From assembly GCA_963693365.1 (NCBI GenBank), contig CAVNZM010000008.1, positions 868,001 through 932,000 on the forward strand: a stretch of DNA of 64,000 bases, given 5' to 3'. Shown here piece by piece: positions 47,701 to 64,000 of this stretch. The DNA comes from Amoebidium appalachense. Taxonomy: Eukaryota > Protista > Ichthyosporea. How positions within the stretch are numbered: position 1 is the first letter of the stretch; every line of letters begins with the position of its first letter. The position numbers and the translations under genes are program-made. Below the pieces are notes generated by a model. That model had not been told where the DNA came from, did not search any database, and was given only the letters and a program-made list of their open reading frames with translations.

Positions 47701-48544
47701 CCACAAGCACCCCAAATCGGCGAGTCGACTTAACAGAACAGCTGGGCCGGGCCAGTGACTTTTCGTTTAGGAGTGAGCACAAAGCAGCATGTGCGGAAAG
47801 AAGAGCTAACAGCTAATAAGCTAAAGGCGCCACAGACTGCAGTGGGCCTGAGGTGCAACGTAACACATATGTGCCAGGCCGAATATGCATTGCTATGTGC
47901 AAAGACATCAGCTGCTCAATATTGTGCAAAATCAACGACGCTAAACCGGCCGTTCCCAAGCCACCCCACATATACAACTATATGTGCAAGTGCACCACCG
48001 GCCGTACATGCGCACGTGCACCACCGCCACGTCACACACATGTCAGACATGCACACCCATGAGCCACGTCACACACAATTGACATACACAAGTGTATACG
48101 CCATGGATACGCATGCACACTACATACCCATGACCATACAAAACAAGAGCACACGTGCACAACTTTGAACTGTCTTTTTTAATTCACAACCGCTCTAATA
48201 TATTCGTGAGCTCTGTGGTACACAACATCAGGGTTCAAAGGGTGAGCTCCAAAGGGCACCAAGCTCTAAGTCTTGATTCACAATTGCAAACTAAATATCT
48301 GCCCTCAACACAAATCGAGTTCCTATTTGTCTGCAGATACACATACTTACGATATTGACAGCTATGTCGATAGTACGTATGGCAGTCTAGAGCCTTTCTG
48401 CTAATTGTGAGAAAAATCCCGGAGCGGGTGGTTGAGGGCAAAGTGCTCATGCTGACACCAGGGTGGTTGTTAAATTTACGCAAGGTAAGCTCGGGCAGCA
48501 CATGTGACCACATATATGTATGTATATACGTTACAGGTGAAAGA

Positions 48545-48575
<31 letters not shown>

Positions 48576-48586
48576 GCGTGTGTGTG

Positions 48587-48653
<67 letters not shown>

Positions 48654-49053
48654 ATGTAATATTATCTGCAATCTTCACATGTAGTCAGTCAACACAGATG
48701 GCGTGCTTGCCTATCCAGCGGCCACCATCAAGGCCTGCAGAACACCCCAGGCACGGCTCCAATCATCCTGCCTGCGCCCACACCCCGGTGCATCAGCTCG
48801 CATGCCCAATCCAGAGACCCGTCATCTTTCCAGAACCCGTAGTTCATGATATAAACCACCCCTACCAAGCATGCATGCACGGTGTACCCGACATCCACAT
48901 ACTCCTACAAAACCCACACAACCATCCACAAAGTCACACCTGGCCCACACACAGGGCCAAAAAGTTCATAAGCAACCAACCCTCCCCCCCCCCCCCCAAA
49001 AAAAAAAAAAAAAAAAAAAACCCACACACAACCACACGCACATACCCTCACGG

Positions 49054-57152
<8,099 letters not shown>

Positions 57153-57889
57153 TTTGGTAGCTGAGCAGTAAAAGAAAAGGTACATCAGTGTTACTGGAGT
57201 TGCTAATGGCAAACCTACGAAGACCAAGGTGGCCGAAGGCCAAAAGAACCAGAGACTGGCCCAGAGAGAGCGCGACGGCACTGGCAAGGGGAAGGAGGGA
57301 AAAGAAGATAAGGTTGAAGAGATAAGATGTTAGAGGGGAGGAAATCTGGGTGGGAGGGTAGGGGGCGGGGGGAAGGGGGAAGGAGGGGGAAATGATTTCT
57401 CATGAAGCAAGAAAAACAAACGATGTCCCTGTTCAGACACCAACAGGGTAACAGGCACTGGTACACTTGACATGTAGCTGCTTAGGTTACGAGCAGCCAC
57501 GCACATCCAGAACTATACAATGGCATAAGGATTGACATGCGTTCGGCATCCCGTGTGTGTGATCCTGCGCCTTTGCGCTTTTTTTTTCACAGCGCTAGTG
57601 TACACAACGGGAGAGAAGATGCACTTGTGATGCACTGCCAACCTTTGAAATGCACCGTTTTGGCCTTATGACTAGGCAGGGGACAGGGAAAAAAAATTGA
57701 AACTCCATCACAGGCACCCACCAAATAATCCAGCGGCCGTCAGGTACTTGGTAAGCTAACAAACCCCTTTGTGCTAACTATTTTCCAAACGTTCACGTCA
57801 AAGAAAACACAACTCAGACAAGGGCTGTGACAGGCTGCTTCGGATGTCAGCGTTTTTCCGCCAGTCGCACTGAGCCAAATTCCTTACAA

Positions 57890-57899
57890 GTCACGTGAC
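57890..57899. promoter_or_regulatory. GTCACGTGAC palindromic E-box (USF/TFE-type) in the putative calcineurin promoter
   Basis: Perfect 10-bp palindrome in a microsatellite-free, CpG-richer stretch ~740 bp upstream of the ATG; a 5'UTR intron acceptor lies just before the ATG. Confidence 0.35.
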
Positions 57900-58687
57900 G
57901 GCGATGGCATGCAACCCACTAAAAAAGAACAAATCAGCGAGGAGTAATAGTAACCTTATTTGGTGGCTGATAATACAACAGCTGATGACGTAGCCGGGGC
58001 CGCGGGCGGCTAGCTAGCTAGAAACTTTGAAGTGGTTCCGAGAAGGTTAAGAGTTTTGGAAACATGGGCTTGTTGCGCATCGGAAATTCAGGAAGAGCTT
58101 AGGTATAAGGCAAGCACTAATAACAATGTCAACAAAGGATGCATACAGAAGGGAACAGGATGTATGCCATGACTCTCAGGGACTCCGGGGATGCACGGGA
58201 GGAAACATGGACAAGTGCAGGCTGGGACGTCGACATCACACGGGGAAATTGGTGTTGAGTTGGTCACACTGTGGGTCCTAGGTTTTGGAAGGAGCAAAGG
58301 TGAAAGGAATGGGAAATGAGAAGGAAAGTACCAACGGCATTGCATAGCTTGGTTCCTTTTTGGCAGCTCGGTTCAAGTGCCTGGTGGAGATCTAGAATGG
58401 AGAATGCTAATATATATTTAGTTTAAGTCACGGTCACGTCGAAGAAAGATTGGGTGCTGTGGCATCTGGTTGCTCGAAGGACATGCAGATGGTTGCTCAG
58501 TTTTGCTGCTGAGGTAGCCTAAGGGGGGATGTTTGGCCAGGGCCGAGTATATATGGGCTTGGTAGGAATCAAACGTGCACGATTCAGCCACGCAGGCAAG
58601 CAGGCGCTGCACGCACATAGTGTGGATATATGCCAAGAAAAAAAGGCTTGGGAGCACCCAATTTTTAGGAGCTCGGGTGCCACAATG

Positions 58688-58745
58688 CCCCGGTTATATG
58701 ATTATGTAGTGTTTGACCCCGGTTATATGATTATGTAGTGTTTGA
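58688..58745. repeat. 29-bp tandem duplication
   Basis: cccggttatatgattatgtagtgtttga occurs twice with a 29-bp period. Confidence 0.85.
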
Positions 58746-59260
58746 TGGCTACATGTTTTCTATGTAAACACGCCATAAAGATGACGCGGGAAAACGAAGG
58801 GATATATATATATATATAACGTGATGTTAGATTCTGATGTAAGTTTATCTGCTGGGTTGCCAATCGGGCTTTTCTGTGGCCAGACACCGGTACATTTATT
58901 CACACAGCATAATCTTCTGTACATAGTATTTTGTGTTTGGCTGTGTGTCTCGTAATTTGGTGGCGCCCTCCGCTCCCCCCTTCCTCCCTCCCTCCGCGCA
59001 GCCATGCGTGGCCCGCCTTCGCCAGGCTGAGCCATGAGGTAAAAAAGGGAACACGTGCACAAAATGTCAAACCTATTCACCAGCGAGCCACACCTCTAAA
59101 TAAACAGTTTAGTGCTGTTGAACAGCACAGCTGTCAGCAAATAACGAACAAACCATTGCCGGAGCTCACCAGACAAGCTAAAACCCTTTCTATACTTGCT
59201 CCCAGGCCCCTCCCATTACCACACAGGGATGATCGGCCCACGCACCCGTTTTGCCCTCTG

Positions 59261-59548
59261 CTACCTCTTTTGTGCCTGGGTCAGCAATTGCAGCAAGGTG
59301 TCCGCCTTTTCCTTAGCCGGAGGGTTTGCCTGTGCGCTGGCCAGGTGCACTGCCTCTGTAGCCAGCAGGCGGTAGACCCCGTCCACGAGGGGATCTGACC
59401 CAATGGCCTGCAGGTGTCGATCCACAGTGCTGACATCCCCACGTGATATGGGCCCTGTCAGTGCCTGCAAACAGAGAAGGTAAGAAAACACGTGTGAGTG
59501 TGTGTGCTTTGGGTGTGTGGTTTTTTACTCTTCTTTTTTTTTTTTTTT

Positions 59549-59591
<43 letters not shown>

Positions 59592-59726
59592 TACAGCTGA
59601 ATTGCTTCAACGGTTGGCTGGTTGGCCTTGGTTGTTGGAGGAATGTTGGGACGAGGCAAAAAGTGGAATGGCAATAAGTGGTGACCTGTACAGACCACAG
59701 AAAGCAAGGGAGAATGGAAGCTTTGT

Positions 59727-59762
<36 letters not shown>

Positions 59763-59876
59763 AGAAAGCGTAACAGAGCACGACGTACTCATTTCATACG
59801 GAAAAAACCATGCAGGGTACAACCCACACACAAAGAATATGCATAATGAAAGGAGTCCGTCCTCGAAGAAGGGGGT

Positions 59877-59908
<32 letters not shown>

Positions 59909-60132
59909 ACATTGTGGGCCACGCTGGCGATTCGAAAAGGGAGTGTCTGGGAAGGGGCTGGTGTTCTTGTTTATTTTTCCATGCTGCCTTGTGTGTGTAT
60001 TGGCGTATTCGAGTCTTTGTGCATGGCCGCGTGTGTGCATCCGTGTTTGTGTGTGTTTGCATGTGAGTGTGCTTCGTGACGTGGGGTGGTGATGGTGTTT
60101 TTGGTGTGGTGGTGTGTGTGTGTGTCTGGAGA

Positions 60133-60190
<58 letters not shown>

Positions 60191-62002
60191 GGACACCTGG
60201 GGAATGCCTACTGTAGCCATGTTATCGACCGTGCCCTGTATCAGGGGCAACAGTGCCCTCAGACCCTCCTCCCTGGGCACCCCAGCCCTCTCCAGCAGCT
60301 GTGTGGACAGAGACACCAACGACACAAAGTAGTTGCAGGCCATCACGGCTGCAGCATGGTACTCGGTCTTGCGCTCTGTGGCTATCGTTAAGGGCACACC
60401 CTTGAGGTCCCGCACCACCACCGAGAGCATGTCCACGGCCTGGGGGTGGCCCTCAAGGGCCCATCGGGTGCCTGGAAGCGACTTGAGTGCCGTGTCTACC
60501 TGTGGGGGTTGGTTGTGGGGGGAGGGGGGGGGGGGGGGGGGGGGGGGGAGGGAGGGAGAGGGGTGTACCGACACGAGAGGAAGGAGAAGGGGGAACGGAA
60601 ATGCGACAGGTATGAGTGAGTTACGGAAGGCCATGGGGTGGATGTGAGCGGGACCGGAGGGGGGGCGGGGGGAGTGAAAACTCCATCTCACCACAATAAC
60701 TCCAACCTATGACCTTGTCGTCTAAGCCAGCAAACCACAACAACAACAGAATAAGCTCCCCCCCCTCCTTCCCCCCCCCCCCCCCCCCACCCCCCCCCCC
60801 CAACCCCCCAAAAACAAAGGAAAGAGGGTCAGCCAGTCAACCACCACCATACACAATTCCATCTACCCTTTCTTCTACCTAGCTCTTCGACCATTGTGGC
60901 ACTAACAGTCCCACCTCCTCCCACCTCATGTTTTGCCACGATTAGTCCTGCCAAATCTTTAACCCTACCTGTGCAAACGACTGCAGTGGGTGTGCCGAGG
61001 CAGTCCAACACCCTTTTTCCTTGAGGGCATGCAGCACAGTGCTACTGAGGGCACCTGAGCAGTGGCACACCACCTTCGGTGGGTGCAGGTGGCTGGCCAA
61101 CTCCTGCGCTGTGGACTCTATTGCTCCGTCCGATACGGTCAGGAAGAGAACGTCTACATCTTGGATCTGTCTGACATATGCATCAGTATGAAGCTACTGC
61201 CACCGGCTGTTGCTTTTTCTTCTACGACTGCTTTTTTTTTTTTTTTCCTTTTTTGAGGGGGGAGGGGGGGGGGGCGGAGGGGGAGGGGGGGGAGGTTTCA
61301 AACAACAAGACAAAAGCCCTCCTCCTTTCGTCACGTATGGAGTGTGTCCAATATATCTCCACCATCACACTTTCACTTCCGTAAGCTCTAATCTGTCACA
61401 CCGCTCCGTTCCTCGGTTCCACCTGCCAACTCTTGCTCCCTCCCTAGCCTTTCCCTTCCTTCGCGGTTGCAATTAAACGTCCACCCCAGCCTCACACCCT
61501 AGCAAGCAACCACTACGCTCAGGAGTTTACTTGTGCAGCAACACATACCCCGAGCTCCTGACCTGACCTACTTACAAGTCCCCCTTCTGCCCTCACGTAT
61601 TTATGCTCTTTATCAAATCTCTCCGTGGTTGTAAACCCATCACCCCTACAAACTTTGACTCCCGCCAGTCGCCCCCCCTCCCCCCCCCCCCCCCCCCCCC
61701 CCTCTTCCCCCGGGCCCTCCCCACCTTCCCCTCCCATTCTTGCCTCTACTCCTGCACTCCCTTTACGCTTCTTCCCCTCAGGGTCTCCATTCCTCGGTAA
61801 CTTCCCCCTCCACTGCCTCCCTCCCAACCTACCTGTAGTCATCACAGGCCCGTCCAGCCCCTGCCATGGCCACCACGCCCTCTGCCACTTTCCTTTGCCT
61901 TGAAATGACCTGTCTGAGGGCGTATCCCCTCCGTGCCAGAGCAACGGCAAGAGTGGATCCCACTCGCCCCGCACCCAAAACGGACACACTGTACTGGGCC
62001 AT
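59261..62002 (-). CDS. Rossmann-like + DUF2520 domain oxidoreductase (PanG/ketopantoate reductase-like), 4 exons, ~292 aa
   Basis: Exons 62002-61833 (MAQYSVSVLGAGRVGSTLA, GxGxxG), 61170-60969 (DVLFLTVSDGAI...HCSGA...HPLQSF), 60499-60197 (ALEG...YHAAAVMACNY), 59464-59261 (ALTGPISRGD...HL). These are the signature motifs of the bacterial DUF2520 family; phases are consistent. Confidence 0.88.
59761..59870 (-). mobile_element. Diverged remnant of the poly(G)-associated element in DUF2520 intron 3
   Basis: aaagaatatgcataatgaaaggagtccgtcctc resembles aaagagtatgcataataagcagagcccatcctc; flanked by G runs on both sides. Confidence 0.5.
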
Positions 62003-62451
62003 TCTGTTCTGTGTGTTTGCCACTATAACTTGGTGTGAAGCAGCGTACTACCGTGTCTGCTCGCGGATGTTTTCAAATCGTTTCTGTGAAAATGTATGTG
62101 GGCCTGTCGTCAAAGAGGTCGATAGTAAGGTAGGTACTATGTTGTTGCTAGATTTTAGTGTCGACAGCGTGGATAGGGAGTGCCAGCTTCGAACCAGCAC
62201 ACAAACTCCAGAATACGCAAACCGTACATAGGCCCTCCCTCCCTCATGAAGCTCCGTCCCTCCAACCTCTTCTTCCACCTCTCCCTTCCCGACGTTCTGG
62301 CAGAGGCGGCCCGGTAGCAATGCAAGGCCTCCTGATCTCCCGCCTTGTAGCAATCCTTATCGGGCCGACGCGGTACAGCCGTAGGTGTAGCTACAGTCTG
62401 CAAATGTACAACCCTAAAACTACAGTTTGCAGAATTCAGCCCGAAAAAAAA

Positions 62452-62467
62452 CCAATTTGTGACGTCA
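62452..62467. promoter_or_regulatory. CCAAT plus CRE-type TGACGTCA in the divergent DUF2520/ankyrin intergenic region
   Basis: ccaatttgtgacgtca lies roughly midway between the head-to-head ATGs at 62002 and 63054. Confidence 0.3.
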
Positions 62468-63053
62468 TTACTCGAGACTACAACAAGGAAGATACCTGCC
62501 TAAAAAGGCAGGAGCCTATTTGGTTGGCTAACTCGGCACCACTTCAAACTTTGTCGCCGGCTTGGCTGCTGCCTGGCCGGCGCCCGAAGCTGTGCAGAAA
62601 CAGCCGAGCTCGAGACATGTCCTCTGCCTGCCGTAGGAGTGACTCAACTTGAGTGACAGAGTGTGTTGTAAACGTAGACAGCTTAATGGAGAAAGCGAAG
62701 TGCATGCGTAGCCTAAAAAGTAGTGATTTTGTTACAACTGGCGCCTAGGTAAAAATACACCCAGCAGCAGCCTCCTTGTTTTGATAGCCTGTGCTATGAA
62801 CCATGTGGAGGTGTGATGCTAGGTCTCACAAGCCAAAATGAACTAAGGAGAGCGCTACTACATAACATACGCTGTCGGTTCAGAATAACGTCAATGTTAT
62901 GCATAAAGCATTTTTAGTCACGGTGGAATCCTAGTTTTGAAAACACCTAGGGGCAGCCCTCTCCCTTTTCACTGAAGTTTGAGCTCACCCATCCAAGTGC
63001 CCAGGTTCTTATTTTATAACGAGAGTAGCCTTTCAGGCAATCTTCACTTCACC

Positions 63054-63722
63054 ATGGCCGAGCACAAGTTCCTTTGTGCGCTGAAGGGCCGTGACATAGA
63101 CCTGGCAAAGAAAATGCTTCAGGTCGGAGTGCTCAGCAAGGATAAGGTGGGTTGTCTCCCAACGATACCAGGGGCCGGTCGGCGGGAAAGAAATGGGTTT
63201 TTTTTGTTTTTTGTTTTTTTCCCCCGACGATGGTGGGAAGGGGGGGGGGGGGGGGGGGGGGGGGGGAGGGGGGGGGGGGGATGTTGAAGGCTAGGATTAG
63301 CTGAGGTTCCCCGACCCGGTTCAGGGGTTGGCGGCGGTGGCGGCTGGGGGGGGGGGGGGGGGGGGGGGGGGAGTATTGCTCCCAAGGGTTAGGGTTTCCC
63401 AAGGAGGCCGTGCACCACAATTTGTCGACCTGTTTTCAAGGTGTACACAAAGGGACAGTCATGAGCGTGGGGATGGACGGGACGAGAGGAAGAACTGAAG
63501 TGCTCGATACACAAAAGAGCTGTCTTCTGTGCCTTAATATTGCAGTGTGTTTCTGATGGTGCACAGCTATTCATCTTACTTAGTGGAAAACTGATATGCA
63601 TACACCTCCAGCCAGCGCCAGGGTCCACGGCTCTTCTGGTAGCCATTCGTCTGGGCAACCTCGAGATGCTGGACCTACTTCTGGACAGAGAGGAGGTGCA
63701 GGTCGACAACCCAATACCAGAG
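63054..63722 (+). CDS. Ankyrin-repeat protein, first two exons (continues beyond window)
   Basis: accATGG start; exon 63054-63146 (MAEHKFLCALKGRDIDLAKKMLQVGVLSKDK|gt) and exon 63612-63722 (ag|PAPGSTALLVAIRLGNLEMLDLLLDREEVQVDNPIPE|gt), which fits the ankyrin consensus G-TALxxA...GNxExxxLLL. Confidence 0.75.
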
Positions 63723-64000
63723 GTCAGTAGTCCATTTGGATATGCAGGAGCAAGTAACATGCACAGGGATAAGGCGGAAGAGGACGAGCACAAGATACAC
63801 AGCACACATTACGTGTAAAGGCGGTTCTTTTGTGGATCTAAGTACATTGCTTTCCCCAATTCTTGTTCTTTCACTAAATGGGCCGAATTGGCACACAAGG
63901 CCTTTCAAGGTATCGGGGGAGGGGGAGGGGGGGGGGGGGGGGGGGGGACGGCATTTTGTGCGTGTGCCACTGTGACGTGCATAAAATACACCGTTAAAGA

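Noticed and set aside
62048-62652. Short ORFs in the DUF2520-ankyrin intergenic region
   Set aside because: No recognisable motifs or convincing splice linkage; more likely UTR/promoter sequence.
63386-63397. gggttagggtt as telomeric repeat
   Set aside because: Fewer than two full units, inside an intron; expected by chance.

Overview
Eukaryotic, intron-rich, extremely microsatellite- and homopolymer-rich DNA ((CA)n, (GA)n, G/C runs of 20-60 nt); most ORFs in the track are simple-repeat artefacts. Right end (49-64 kb): a complete 9-exon calcineurin A gene (-), a 4-exon bacterial-type Rossmann-like/DUF2520 gene (-) and the first two exons of an ankyrin-repeat gene (+). Left 47 kb: two tandem paralogous minus-strand genes built from C-x-H-x(5-7)-C-x2-C Cys/His modules. 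Gene B (47331->20403, about 22 exons, ~1580 aa by manual splicing) contains 14 small phase-0/phase-0 exons in duplicated A-B-C-D blocks. Gene A starts at 8287 and runs off the left edge. Between them lie a tRNA-Gln(CTG), a ~1.25-kb inverted repeat pair (one arm abuts the tRNA 3' end) and a MITE. A short interspersed element with a covarying predicted RNA fold recurs beside poly(G) tracts in introns of several genes. All gene models are manual reconstructions from splice signals and frame continuity; no database searches were run.
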